From: an uncultured Actinomycetota bacterium | Lineage (GTDB): Bacteria; Actinomycetota; Thermoleophilia; Solirubrobacterales; Solirubrobacteraceae | Direction: 5' to 3' | NCBI GenBank assembly: GCA_963812635.1 | Contig: CAWEVV010000007.1 | Location: 54,950 to 118,949 of the forward strand | Length of the DNA: 64,000 bases | Part shown: one piece after another, positions 10,024-19,398 of the stretch | Numbering within the stretch: position 1 is the stretch's first letter | Layout: each line of letters begins with the position of its first letter | The notes under the pieces: generated by a model | The model's input: only the letters and a program-made list of their open reading frames with translations | What the model was told of the DNA's origin: nothing | The model's database searches: none | Program-made: the position numbers and the translations under genes

Positions 10024-11208
10024 ATGACCGAGACGATGAGCGCCACCCTGGATGTCGGCCGTCTGCGCCGGCGGTTCTCGTCGCTGCAGTCCGGGTTTGC
10101 CTTCATGGATGCCCCCGGCGGCTCGCAGGTCCCCGATGAGGTCGGCGCCGCCGTCGCCGCGGCGATGCGCGATGCCAGCGCCAACCTCGGCGCCGGCTAC
10201 GCCACCAGCACTCGGGTCAAGGAGATCCTGGAGCGGGCCGAGTCAGGCGCGGCGCGGTTCCTCGGCTGCGACCCGCACGAGATCACCTTCGGGCCGAACA
10301 TGACAACGCTTGACTTCACGTTCAGCCGCACCGCCGGACGCGACTTCGCCAGCGGCGACGAGATCCTGATCTCCTCCGCCGACCACGACGGAGGGGTGGC
10401 GCCGTGGCTCGAGCTCGCCCGCGATCGGGACCTGGTGGTCAAGCACATCGAGCTGCACCCGGACACCGCGCTCGACTTCGACGACCTGGCGGCGAAGCTG
10501 TCGGATCGCACCCGGGTGGTGGCATTCGCCTGGGCCTCCAACGCCGTCGGAACGGTCGTCGACGCCGCTCGTGTCTGCCGGATGGCCCACGAGGCGGGGG
10601 CGCTGGCCTGGGTGGACGCCGTCCATTACGCCGCCCACCAGCCGATCGACGTCCGTGCCATCGACGCCGACGTCGTGATCTGCTCGCCGTACAAGTTCTG
10701 CGGGCCGCATCTGGGCGTGGCCTACGGCAAGGCCCAGGTGACCGAGGCCTGGCGACCCTACAAGGCGCGCCCGGCGCCGAGCGACCCGCTGGGGCGGCGC
10801 TTCGCCACCGGGACTCCCGCGTTCGAGCTGCTGGCCGGCTTCAACGCCACGCTGGAGTACCTGGACTCGATCGGAGGCTTTGCCGCGATCATCCCCTACG
10901 AGCGCGGGCTGGGCGAGCGATTCCTGGACGGCATCTCGGATGCGGTCACCGTCTATGGGGTGCCGACGATGGAGGGGCGCGTGCCGACGTTCCTGGTCAA
11001 TGTCGCGGGAGTGGCGGCGGCCGACGTGGCGGCGCGGCTGGCACAGCAGCAGGTCGGCGTGTGGGCACACGACTCGTGGTACTCGCTGAACCTGTACAAG
11101 CGCCTGGGCTACGAGCACGAGGCGATCCGGATCGGCTTCATCCACTACAACACGACCGATGAGGTCGACCGGCTGATCGCCGGGCTCGAGGGGGCGCGGC
11201 CGGGCTGA
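10024..11208 (+). CDS. cysteine desulfurase-like aminotransferase class V (PLP)
   Basis: DAPGGSQVP, WASNAVGT, VDAVHYA, SPYKFCGPH (PLP Lys), RIGFIHYNT; AAGGAG RBS. Confidence 0.88.
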   Translation: MTETMSATLDVGRLRRRFSSLQSGFAFMDAPGGSQVPDEVGAAVAAAMRDASANLGAGYATSTRVKEILERAESGAARFLGCDPHEITFGPNMTTLDFTFSRTAGRDFASGDEILISSADHDGGVAPWLELARDRDLVVKHIELHPDTALDFDDLAAKLSDRTRVVAFAWASNAVGTVVDAARVCRMAHEAGALAWVDAVHYAAHQPIDVRAIDADVVICSPYKFCGPHLGVAYGKAQVTEAWRPYKARPAPSDPLGRRFATGTPAFELLAGFNATLEYLDSIGGFAAIIPYERGLGERFLDGISDAVTVYGVPTMEGRVPTFLVNVAGVAAADVAARLAQQQVGVWAHDSWYSLNLYKRLGYEHEAIRIGFIHYNTTDEVDRLIAGLEGARPG

Positions 11209-11217
11209 GCGTGCCGA

Positions 11218-11540
11218 GCGACGCCCTCCGTCACGCCGGTGTGGCTGTCCTCCTGGAGCACGCCACGCCCGGCCTGCGGAGGCGACGCCCTCTGTCACCC
11301 GATGTGGCTGTCCTCCTGGAGCACACCACGCCCGAAACCCGGAGGTGCGCTCCCTGGCACCAGTATGGCGGTAGTACTGGAGCACACCGGGCCGGAAAGC
11401 CGGAGGTGCGCTGCGTGGCGCCAACGCCGCGGTAGTCCTGGAGCACACCGGGCCGGAAAGCCGGAGGTGCGCTGCGCGGCGCCAATGCCGCCGGTAGTAC
11501 TGGAGCACACCCGCCCAACAACCCGCAGGTGCGCTCTGGT
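11218..11540. repeat. array of five ~61-64 bp hairpin-forming repeats
   Basis: CTGGAGCAC core at 11253, 11316, 11377, 11438, 11500; AGGTGCGCT partner arm in the later units. Confidence 0.9.
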
Positions 11541-11616
11541 TCGACTGGCGGGCGGGACGAAGCCGGTCCATCCAACACGGTCCGCTGGGCCCGCCCGCGT
11601 CGCCCTACCCCCGCGA

Positions 11617-12333
11617 TCACCCGCCGGCTGCGCGCTCGGCCTCGAACAGCTCCGCCAGCCGGGTGCGGACCTCCCACAGCTTCGGCAGCTGACGCTGGGC
11701 GACGAGCTTGGCCAGCACCGGCACCGGCGTGCCGGCGATTCCGATGCTCTCCTCGCCAATCGCGCGGGCGACGACGCTGTAGTGGCGAAACCGCCACAGG
11801 CGCAGCCGCTCGTCGAAATCGGTGAGCAGCTCGGCCAGCTGGTGCAGCGACTCGAACTCCGAGCGCCGGCGATAGAGGTCGGCGAGCGGCAGGCCGGTTC
11901 GCATCAGGGCCCGGTCGAAGCCCAGGCCCAGCCCCGCGGTGGCCTGCGCGAGGTTGCGAAACCCCGGGGAATCGAAGCCGCTGCCGTGGCCCAGCGAGGT
12001 GCGGACCACGTGGTAGTCCCACGGATCCAGCAGGTCCAGCATGTCCAGGGCGTCGGTGACCTGGCGCAGGCAGAGGATCGCCCGGCGCATCAGCCGCGCC
12101 GCCGCCAGGTGCTCGTCGCCATCGATCAGTCGCGTCGTCTCCTGCACCTCGCTGACCGCGAACTTCAGCCACAGCTCGGATGCCTGATGCACGGTCTGAA
12201 ACAGCAGCTCGTCGCGGTGCGCCCGCTCGGCCGCCGGCTTCTGCAGCGCCAGCAGCTCGTCGGTGCGCAGATACCGCTCGTAGTCGGTGTCCCCCGGCCC
12301 CGGCAGTACCGGCGCGGTGTCGTCGCCGCTCAT
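11617..12333 (-). CDS. tryptophan 2,3-dioxygenase family heme protein
   Basis: YERYLRTDELLALQ, DELLFQTVHQASELW, GSGFDSPGFR, WRFRHYSVVARAIG..GIAGT. Confidence 0.88.
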   Translation of the reverse strand: MSGDDTAPVLPGPGDTDYERYLRTDELLALQKPAAERAHRDELLFQTVHQASELWLKFAVSEVQETTRLIDGDEHLAAARLMRRAILCLRQVTDALDMLDLLDPWDYHVVRTSLGHGSGFDSPGFRNLAQATAGLGLGFDRALMRTGLPLADLYRRRSEFESLHQLAELLTDFDERLRLWRFRHYSVVARAIGEESIGIAGTPVPVLAKLVAQRQLPKLWEVRTRLAELFEAERAAGG

Positions 12334-13292
12334 CGCTCACCTCCGACCGGTCCAGATGCGCTCAGGATCTCGGCCAGCGTGGCCAGGTTGATGTTGCCCC
12401 CGGAAACGATGCAGACCAGCTTCCCCGAGCCGGCCTGGCCGCCGAGCGCGGCCGCCGTGGCCAGCGCCCCGGCGCCCTCCGCGACCACGCGGACGCGCTC
12501 GGCGAGCAGGCGCACGGCGTGCTCGGCCTCCGGGATCGCCACCGCCACCGGCGCGTCGACGACCTCGGTCAGGCGCGGCCACATCCCATCCAGCACCCGC
12601 CGGCTGCCCGCCCCGTCGACGAACGACGGCCGGTAGTCGACGTCGACCGGCCCGCCGGCGGCGAGCGCCGCCCTCAGCGCGGCGCCGGTCGCGGGCTCGG
12701 CGGTGACGATCCGCGTGTCGGGCTTCAGCGCCTTGATCGCGCCCGCGATCCCGACCGTCAGGCCGCCGCCGCCGACCGGGATCACCACCGCGTCGACGTC
12801 GGGCAGGTCCTCGAGGATCTCCAGGCCGATCGTGCCGTTACCGGCCATCACCGCCTCGTCGGCCACCGGATGCACGAACAGTCCGTCCTCGCCGGGGATC
12901 GAGCCGGTGACGATGGCCTGCCACCAGTCGTCGTAGGGGACGCGCCGGACGCGGCCGCCGAGCCGCTCGATCGCGTCGAGCTTGGTCTGGGGCGCGTGCT
13001 CGGGGACGACGATCGTCGCCGGCAGGTCCAGCTCGCGCGCCACCCAGGCCACCCCCTGGGCCATGTTGCCGGCGCTGGCGGTCAGCAATCCCCGCCGGCG
13101 CAACTCCGCCGGGGCCGAGCGGATCGCGTTGCCGGCGCCGCGGATCTTGAACGAGTTGATCGGCTGCAACGTCTCGAGCTTGAGGTGGATCTCGGCGGGG
13201 GCGTCAGCGAGGTGCAGCCGGACGAGCGGCGTGCGCACGGCGAGGTCGCCGATCCGCCCACCGGCGGCCCGGATGGCGTCGAGCGAGATCAC
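12330..13292 (-). CDS. PLP-dependent serine/threonine dehydratase family protein
   Basis: KLETLQPINSFKIRGA, ASAGNMAQG, PVGGGGL, SGGN. Confidence 0.92.
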   Translation of the reverse strand: MISLDAIRAAGGRIGDLAVRTPLVRLHLADAPAEIHLKLETLQPINSFKIRGAGNAIRSAPAELRRRGLLTASAGNMAQGVAWVARELDLPATIVVPEHAPQTKLDAIERLGGRVRRVPYDDWWQAIVTGSIPGEDGLFVHPVADEAVMAGNGTIGLEILEDLPDVDAVVIPVGGGGLTVGIAGAIKALKPDTRIVTAEPATGAALRAALAAGGPVDVDYRPSFVDGAGSRRVLDGMWPRLTEVVDAPVAVAIPEAEHAVRLLAERVRVVAEGAGALATAAALGGQAGSGKLVCIVSGGNINLATLAEILSASGPVGGER

Positions 13293-14305
13293 AGCTCCAC
13301 CTCCGTCCCCAGCCCGGCGCGGCGGGCGGCCTGCACCGCCACCTGGGCGGCGGCGAGGTCCTCCACGCCGATGCCCAGAGAGCGAAACAGCGTCAGCTCG
13401 CGCGGATCCGAGCGTCCGGGGCGCAGGCCGGCGATGACCTCGCCGAGCTCGGCGCGGATGTGCGCGTCATCGCCGCGGATCGCCCCCTGCTCCAGCGCCA
13501 GGCGGTACTCGCCGGCTTCGTTGCGCAGCGATTCGCGGCTGTCGCAGAACAGGGCCGCGGCGGCGACCGTCTCGACCGCGATCTCCCAGGCGGTCACGGT
13601 GCTGGCGCCGACGGCGTTCAAATGGGTCCCGGGACTCAGCCAGGCGTGCTCGAGCACCGGACGCTTGGCGCTGGTGGCGACGACGATCACGTCGGCGCCG
13701 TCGACGGCCTCGCGGGCGCCGGCGGTGACGACCGGCATCGGCACGTGCCGGGCGGCGGCCTGGGCGACGGCGCGGGCGTGCTCGGCCGTGGGAGCGTAGA
13801 TGCGGACATCGGTCCACGGCCGAACTCCGGCCAGCGCCCGCAGATGGGAGCGGGCCTGCACCCCGGCGCCCAGGATCGCCAGCACGCGCGCGTCCGCCCG
13901 GGCGAGGGTCCGGGTCGCGGCCGCGGTGACGGCGGCGGTGCGGATCGCGGTGATCGCGGACGCGTTGAGGATCGCCGTCGGCATCCCGGTATCGCCGTCG
14001 AACAGGGTCACGATCCCCTGGTGGGCGTCGAGACCCCGACCGGGGTTGGCCGGCATCAGGCAGAGGGCCTTGAGCGCGAACGCGCCCGGATGGCCGCCGG
14101 GCGCGGACGCCTCCGCCTGCCCACCGCCGTATGCGGGCATCAGCCCCAAGAGCCCGGAGGCTCCCGCCGCCGCCATCACCGAGCGCAGCGGGTTGTAGGC
14201 CTCGCCCCGGGCGCGGGCCGCCAGGACCGAGGCCATCGCCTGCTCGCAATCCTCGGGCGTGAGCGCGGCGTGGACCTCGGCGTCGGACAGGATCAGGACT
14301 CGCAT
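13289..14305 (-). CDS. ornithine cyclodeaminase / mu-crystallin family reductase
   Basis: GLMPAY, TAIRTAA, GAGVQA, HLNAVGA, FRSLGIGVEDLAAA. Confidence 0.92.
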   Translation of the reverse strand: MRVLILSDAEVHAALTPEDCEQAMASVLAARARGEAYNPLRSVMAAAGASGLLGLMPAYGGGQAEASAPGGHPGAFALKALCLMPANPGRGLDAHQGIVTLFDGDTGMPTAILNASAITAIRTAAVTAAATRTLARADARVLAILGAGVQARSHLRALAGVRPWTDVRIYAPTAEHARAVAQAAARHVPMPVVTAGAREAVDGADVIVVATSAKRPVLEHAWLSPGTHLNAVGASTVTAWEIAVETVAAAALFCDSRESLRNEAGEYRLALEQGAIRGDDAHIRAELGEVIAGLRPGRSDPRELTLFRSLGIGVEDLAAAQVAVQAARRAGLGTEVEL

Positions 14306-15261
14306 CAGCGAAACATCTCGCTCAGCAGCTCGCGCTCGTGGGAAGCCAGCGGCTGTTCGAGCGCCTCGCGCACCGGCGCCAGGTGCTCGGGCCGGCCGGG
14401 GCCGACCACGATCTGGGCGACCCGCTCGTCGGCCAGCAGCCACGCCAGTGCCGCCGCCGCCATCGAGGTCCCCCGGTGCCGGGCGAAGCGTTGCAGCTCC
14501 TCCAAGGCGGTGAACGTGTCGTCGGTGGCCAGCGCGGCGTACGGCTCGGGGCGCTGGGTCATGCGCGAGCCCGCCGGGTAGGCGGCGCCGCGGCGGTACT
14601 TGCCGGTCAGCCAACCGCCACCCAACGGGCTGAACGCGCAGTAGGCCACTCCGCGCCGGGCGCACAGCGGCAGCAGGTCGCGCTCATCGCCGCGCTCCAG
14701 CAGCGAATAGCTGTTCTGGATCGCCGCCGGCGCCCCGACGCTCAGCGCCCGCTCGAGCTGTCCGGCGTCGAAGTTGCTGACGCCGTAGGCCTGGACGGTG
14801 CCGGTTGCGCGGAGCGCCTCGAAGGTGGCGATCGTGTCGGCGAGCGGCACGTCGGGGTCGTAGTCGTGAGCCAGGTAGAGCTCCACCTGGGCCACGCCGA
14901 GTCGCTCCAGGCTGGCGGCGAGCCGGCGCCGGATCCGCTCGGGCGCGAGCCCGTGATCGCCCTCCGCGGTCATCGGATTGAACGTCTTGGTGGTGAGCGT
15001 CGGGCGCACTCCGCGGGATGCGATCCAGCCGCCGATCGCCATCTCGCTGCGCCCCCCGCCGTAGGCGTCGGCGGTGTCGAAGTGGGTCAGGCCGAGCTCC
15101 CAGGCGGCGTCCATCACCGCCGTCGCCTCGCCGGACGACAGGCCCTGACCGAAGAACTGCGGCGCCGAGCCGACCCCGCCGAAGTTGCCGCAGCCGAGCG
15201 CGATGCGCGGCAGCGGCGGACCGTCCGGGAGCCGGACGGCGTCGATCTGGAGCGGTGCCAC
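14305..15261 (-). CDS. aldo/keto reductase
   Basis: LGCGNFG, FDTADAYGGGRSE, GVSNF, FSPLGGGWLTGKY; start uncertain. Confidence 0.9.
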   Translation of the reverse strand: MAPLQIDAVRLPDGPPLPRIALGCGNFGGVGSAPQFFGQGLSSGEATAVMDAAWELGLTHFDTADAYGGGRSEMAIGGWIASRGVRPTLTTKTFNPMTAEGDHGLAPERIRRRLAASLERLGVAQVELYLAHDYDPDVPLADTIATFEALRATGTVQAYGVSNFDAGQLERALSVGAPAAIQNSYSLLERGDERDLLPLCARRGVAYCAFSPLGGGWLTGKYRRGAAYPAGSRMTQRPEPYAALATDDTFTALEELQRFARHRGTSMAAAALAWLLADERVAQIVVGPGRPEHLAPVREALEQPLASHERELLSEMFR

Positions 15262-15266
15262 GGACG

Positions 15267-16241
15267 TCAGCCGACCACCGTCTCCTCGGTCTCGATCGCC
15301 TCCAGCTGGGCGATCTCGGCGCGCCGGTGCTCCCAGTGCGGAGGGATGCACATGTGCGTGCCCAGCTCGTCGGCCGTCTCGTCGATCAGGAACCCCTGGG
15401 GGTGGCCGTAGCAGAGCTCCACCAGCAGCCCGCTGGGGCTACGGCAGTACATCGAGAAGAAGTAGCCGCGGTCCTTGACCTCGGAGAAGTCGGTGAAACC
15501 GAGACCGACGATCCAGTCCTTGACCGTCTGCTGGTTTTCGGCGGTGTGGACGTCGAAGGCGTGATGGTGGATCGTCCCCTCACCGAAGTGCCAGGTGCCC
15601 TGAGGCAGGTCGGGCTCCTCCACCAGCTCGAGCATCCGCCCGAAGCCGTCGGCGGTTCCGATCCGGTACTGATGATTGGCGCCCTCGTCGTCGAGCGGCT
15701 CGCCGTTCATGCCCTGCAGGATGAAGTAATCCATCGGCCCCTGTTCGCGAACCGAGGTGGTGGTGCCATGGGCACCGCGGATCGCGTGCTCGGCCGGGAC
15801 GTGCGCGTCGTACGGCTCGCGCGAGTCGGGTTCGGGGTCACCGACGAGCGCGTACTCGATGCCGCACGGGTGGCGCAAGCTGAGCCGCTCGGTCCCGAAC
15901 CGCTCGATGCGCTCGTGCGCGACTCCGGCGTGGTGGAAGCGGTCTGACCAGAAGCCGATCGAGTCCACCGGCACCGACAGGTTGAGGATCTTCGCCTGGT
16001 TGGTGCCGCGCTTACCCATCCAGCCGGCCTGGCGGTAGGGGAACGCGGTCAGCAGCGTGCTCGGATCGCCCGCCCGGTTGCCGTAATACAGGTGGTAGAT
16101 GGGGATCTCGCCGTCGAACAGGACGGTCTTCTTCACGCTCCTGAGGCCGAGCAGCCGGACGTGGAAGTCGTAGTCCTCCTGCGCCTCGCCGACGCAGAAC
16201 GTGAGGTGGTGGGTACCGCGCAGGAATCCTGGGTTGGGCAT
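15267..16241 (-). CDS. VOC-family ring-cleaving dioxygenase (MhqO/PcpA/LinE-like)
   Basis: HHLTF, VKKTVLFD..YHLYYG, GTIHHHAF, KDRGYFFSMYCRSPSGLLVE, PPHWE. Confidence 0.9.
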   Translation of the reverse strand: MPNPGFLRGTHHLTFCVGEAQEDYDFHVRLLGLRSVKKTVLFDGEIPIYHLYYGNRAGDPSTLLTAFPYRQAGWMGKRGTNQAKILNLSVPVDSIGFWSDRFHHAGVAHERIERFGTERLSLRHPCGIEYALVGDPEPDSREPYDAHVPAEHAIRGAHGTTTSVREQGPMDYFILQGMNGEPLDDEGANHQYRIGTADGFGRMLELVEEPDLPQGTWHFGEGTIHHHAFDVHTAENQQTVKDWIVGLGFTDFSEVKDRGYFFSMYCRSPSGLLVELCYGHPQGFLIDETADELGTHMCIPPHWEHRRAEIAQLEAIETEETVVG

Positions 16242-16320
16242 CTCGGCTCCTCTCTCGTGAATGCCCATCGATCCTACTTGTGGGCGCCGCGGATGCCCGC
16301 CCGGGTCCGCAGTCCGCGGA

Positions 16321-16968
16321 TCACTGGGTCAGGAGCCGGCGCAGCCCGGCCACCGCCGCGTCGTTGATGTGGTGCTCGCGGTCATCGTAGGTCTCGACGG
16401 TCACCTGCGCCCCGGCGGCCGCAAACGCGCGTGCCGTCCCGTGAGCTCGCTCCGGCGCGATCCACTCGTCATACCGGCTGAAGCCGAAGAACATCGGCAG
16501 GCCGGGTACCGGGGCGGGCGTCACCTGGTCTGACTCCGGTCCGAGCAGAGATCCAGTGAGGATGGCCGCTCCCGCCCAGGCTCGCGAGCGCCGGGCGATC
16601 AGCTCGGCGGTCAGGCACGCCCCCTGCGAGAACCCGGCGACCACGACGCGTTGATCGGGCACCCCAGCCCGGTTGGCGACGGCGATCGCCGCCAGCAGCG
16701 CTTCCAGCGCCCAGGTCACGTGGGGCTCGTTGTCGGCCGGCGGGTCGAAGTACCGTCCCGCGTACCACTCGCGCCCGGCGGCGACCGGCAGCACGTAGGC
16801 GACATCCGGCAGGCTCAGGCGCTGCACCACCTCGAGCATCAGCTGCTCGTCCTGGTCGCGGCCGTGAACCAGGACGCCGGCCATCCGGGCCCGCTCCAGC
16901 GGCACACCGGCCAGCACCGGGTCGACGGCCAGCTGCGGGTTGTCCGGGCCGGCGCCGGATCCGGTCAT
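16321..16968 (-). CDS. phospholipase/carboxylesterase alpha/beta hydrolase (MhqD-like)
   Basis: VHGR, GFSQGA nucleophile motif, C-terminal EHHI; typical partner of VOC dioxygenases. Confidence 0.85.
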   Translation of the reverse strand: MTGSGAGPDNPQLAVDPVLAGVPLERARMAGVLVHGRDQDEQLMLEVVQRLSLPDVAYVLPVAAGREWYAGRYFDPPADNEPHVTWALEALLAAIAVANRAGVPDQRVVVAGFSQGACLTAELIARRSRAWAGAAILTGSLLGPESDQVTPAPVPGLPMFFGFSRYDEWIAPERAHGTARAFAAAGAQVTVETYDDREHHINDAAVAGLRRLLTQ

Positions 16969-17777
16969 ACCGCCGCCTCGGTCAGCCATTGCGCGAACGC
17001 GCCTCCGGCGACGACCCAGGCCCGCCCGTCCCGGTCCAGCCGGGCGATCCGGTCCAGCAGTCGGCGAACCTCGAAACGCCATCGCGCGTCGAGCATCAGG
17101 AAGGGATGCAGGATCACCGTCTGGACACCCGGAGCATCATCGCCCAGACGCCCGGCGAAGTGATCTCCCAGGGCCGCCGCGGAGAGCGGCTCCGCCGGAT
17201 CCGCGCGCTGCCGGCGTAGACCGGCGAAGCGATCCATGAGGTGGTAGGCGTCGACCAGGTCCCACCCGAACGGCACCGAAACCAGCCCGTCGCGGAGCTC
17301 GGGCGCACCGCCGTCGTCGGCGGAGTACCAGGCGTAGCCGTGCTCGCGCAACTGCCGCCCGGTCTGCGGGGTCAGCTCTCCGCCGGGCGGCCGGAAGCCG
17401 CGCACGCGAAGGCCGGCATCCCGGAACGCCCTTGTGCTCCGGTCCAGCAGCTCGCGCTCGGCCGCCATGTCGAGCTGCGCCCACGCCTCGTGGCGCCAGC
17501 CGTGAACCCCGAGCTCGTGGCCGCGAGCGACGATCGTCTCCAGAGCCCGCGGGTACAGCTCGCAGTTGATCGCCTCGACGAAGAACGTCGCGGTGAGGCG
17601 GTTGCGATCAAGCTCGGCGAGCAGCCACGGCAGCGCCTCGGTCACCGACGGGTCGTGACCGAGCGGGACCTGCGCCTGATGGGTCCCCCGCTCCAGCGAG
17701 CTCGCCTCGCCCAGATTGTCGAACGTCAGCACGATCGCCCGGGGCCGCCGGGTCGGCCCAAATCCGCCGGCGCTCAT
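16965..17777 (-). CDS. polysaccharide deacetylase (CE4) family cytoplasmic hydrolase
   Basis: LTFDNLGE, ATFFVE, HGWRHE, GFRPPGG, ILHPF; no signal peptide. Confidence 0.85.
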   Translation of the reverse strand: MSAGGFGPTRRPRAIVLTFDNLGEASSLERGTHQAQVPLGHDPSVTEALPWLLAELDRNRLTATFFVEAINCELYPRALETIVARGHELGVHGWRHEAWAQLDMAAERELLDRSTRAFRDAGLRVRGFRPPGGELTPQTGRQLREHGYAWYSADDGGAPELRDGLVSVPFGWDLVDAYHLMDRFAGLRRQRADPAEPLSAAALGDHFAGRLGDDAPGVQTVILHPFLMLDARWRFEVRRLLDRIARLDRDGRAWVVAGGAFAQWLTEAAV

Positions 17778-17802
17778 CTCACCTGTCCCCCTCCGCGAAC
17801 GT

Positions 17803-17820
17803 TGTCCGTCTGAAAGGACA
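17803..17820. promoter_or_regulatory. inverted repeat operator, IclR-like
   Basis: TGTCC-N8-GGACA upstream of the catabolic operon. Confidence 0.4.
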
Positions 17821-17846
17821 TGCCCCCCGCCGAGCCCCGCCGCAAA

Positions 17847-17866
17847 AGTACGATGACCGTCGTACT
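17847..17866. promoter_or_regulatory. inverted repeat operator, TetR-like
   Basis: AGTACGA-N6-TCGTACT directly abutting the MFS ATG. Confidence 0.55.
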
Positions 17867-19345
17867 ATGGTGAACACCCAGGTCATGAATACCCGAGCGC
17901 AAGCCAACCAGACACCGCACCTCCGGGCCACGCTGCTGCTCGCCTGCCTGGCGCAGTTCATGGTCATCCTCGACGTCTCGGTGGTGAACGTAGCGCTGCC
18001 GGCGATTCGCGGCGGCCTGGGGTTCTCCGAAGTCGATCTGCAGTGGGTGGTCAACGCCTACACCGTCACCTTTGCCGGCTTCCTGCTGCTCGGGGGCCGC
18101 GCCGCCGACCTGCTCGGGCGCCGGCGCGTGTTCGTGTCCGGGCTGACGCTGTTCGCGCTCGCGTCGCTGGCGGGCGGGATCGCCGACAGCCAGGGCGTCC
18201 TCATCGCCGCGCGGGCTGTTCAGGGATTGGGCGGCGCCGTGATCGCGCCCGCGTCGCTCTCGATCCTGACCACCACCTTTCCCGAGGGCGCGGCCCGCAA
18301 CCGCGCCGTCGGCATCTGGGGGGCGATGGGCGGCGCCGGCGGCGCGGCCGGAGTGCTGCTCGGCGGCATCCTGACCGACCTCCTCTCCTGGCGCTGGATC
18401 CTGTTCATCAACGTCCCGATCGGCCTGCTGGCCGCGATCGCCGCGCGGCGGCTGATCATGGAGAGCCGCGGCGCCCGCGCCACCCGGGACTTCGATCTGC
18501 GCGGGGCCCTGTCGGCGACCGTCGGCCTGTCGCTGCTGGTGCTGGGCATCGTCCGCACCGACCAGACCGGCTGGGGCGACAGCCAGACCCTGATCCTGAT
18601 CATCGCCGGGATCGCCCTGCTGCTCGCCTTCGTGGTCATCGAGGGCCGCCTGGCCAAGTCGCCGCTGATGCCGCTGCGGATCTACCGGTCCCGAACGCTG
18701 AGCGCCGCCAACATCGTGGTGCTGCTGGTGGGCGGCTCCTCTTTCGGCATGTGGTTCTTCGTCTCCCTGTACCTGCAGCAGGTGCTCGGTTACTCGCCGA
18801 TCCGCGCCGGGCTCGCCTTCTTGCCGATGACGCTCTGCATCGTGATCGGCTCGACGCTGGCGTCGCGGGCCGTCAACCGCGTCGGCGCCAAGCCGCTGCT
18901 GGTGGTTGGGATGGCCTCGCTTACGCTCGGCCTGGCGTGGTTCGCGTTGATCCGAGCGCACGGCACCTACCTCGGCGACGTGCTCTTCCCGTCGCTGCTG
19001 ACCGCGGCCGGGCTCGGCCTGGCGTTCGTGCCGGCCACGATCAGCGCCGTCGCCGGCGTGGCTCCCGCCGAGGCCGGGCTCGCCTCGGGGCTGGTCAACA
19101 CCGCCCGGCTGTTCGGGGGCGCCCTCGGGCTGGCCATCCTGGCGGCCATCGCCACGTCGCACACCGACGCTGACCTTCGCCATGGGGTCAATGCTCACGT
19201 CGCGTTGACCAGTGGCTTTCAGGTGGCGTTCCTGGTGTCGGCCGGATTCTCGCTGGTGGGTGGGCTGGTGGCGGCGTTCGGGCTGCCGGCGCTGGATCGT
19301 CGCGGCGGCGCGCGCCGGGCGGTGGCCCCAGCCGAGTCGGCGTAG
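17867..19345 (+). CDS. DHA2 family MFS transporter
   Basis: MVILDVSVVNVALP, WVVNAY, GGRAADLLGRRR, FINVPIG. Confidence 0.94.
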   Translation: MVNTQVMNTRAQANQTPHLRATLLLACLAQFMVILDVSVVNVALPAIRGGLGFSEVDLQWVVNAYTVTFAGFLLLGGRAADLLGRRRVFVSGLTLFALASLAGGIADSQGVLIAARAVQGLGGAVIAPASLSILTTTFPEGAARNRAVGIWGAMGGAGGAAGVLLGGILTDLLSWRWILFINVPIGLLAAIAARRLIMESRGARATRDFDLRGALSATVGLSLLVLGIVRTDQTGWGDSQTLILIIAGIALLLAFVVIEGRLAKSPLMPLRIYRSRTLSAANIVVLLVGGSSFGMWFFVSLYLQQVLGYSPIRAGLAFLPMTLCIVIGSTLASRAVNRVGAKPLLVVGMASLTLGLAWFALIRAHGTYLGDVLFPSLLTAAGLGLAFVPATISAVAGVAPAEAGLASGLVNTARLFGGALGLAILAAIATSHTDADLRHGVNAHVALTSGFQVAFLVSAGFSLVGGLVAAFGLPALDRRGGARRAVAPAESA

Positions 19346-19398
19346 CTCGCCGGTCAGCGAGAGAGCATCCGAGCCGGCTCTCGGGGACAATCCCGGCC

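Noticed and set aside
11218-11540. CRISPR array
   Set aside because: Repeats are degenerate, linkers are related to each other, and there are no cas genes or AT-rich leader
12330-14305. Ectoine utilisation (eutBC) operon
   Set aside because: No eutD/eutE, EhuABCD or TRAP ectoine transporter in the window; only family-level analogy
17774-19390. Long antisense ORFs (this one and many others, such as 5663-7243, 12180-13799 and 36118-37779)
   Set aside because: Typical high-GC shadow frames overlapping well-supported genes; Arg/Pro/Gly-rich with no motifs
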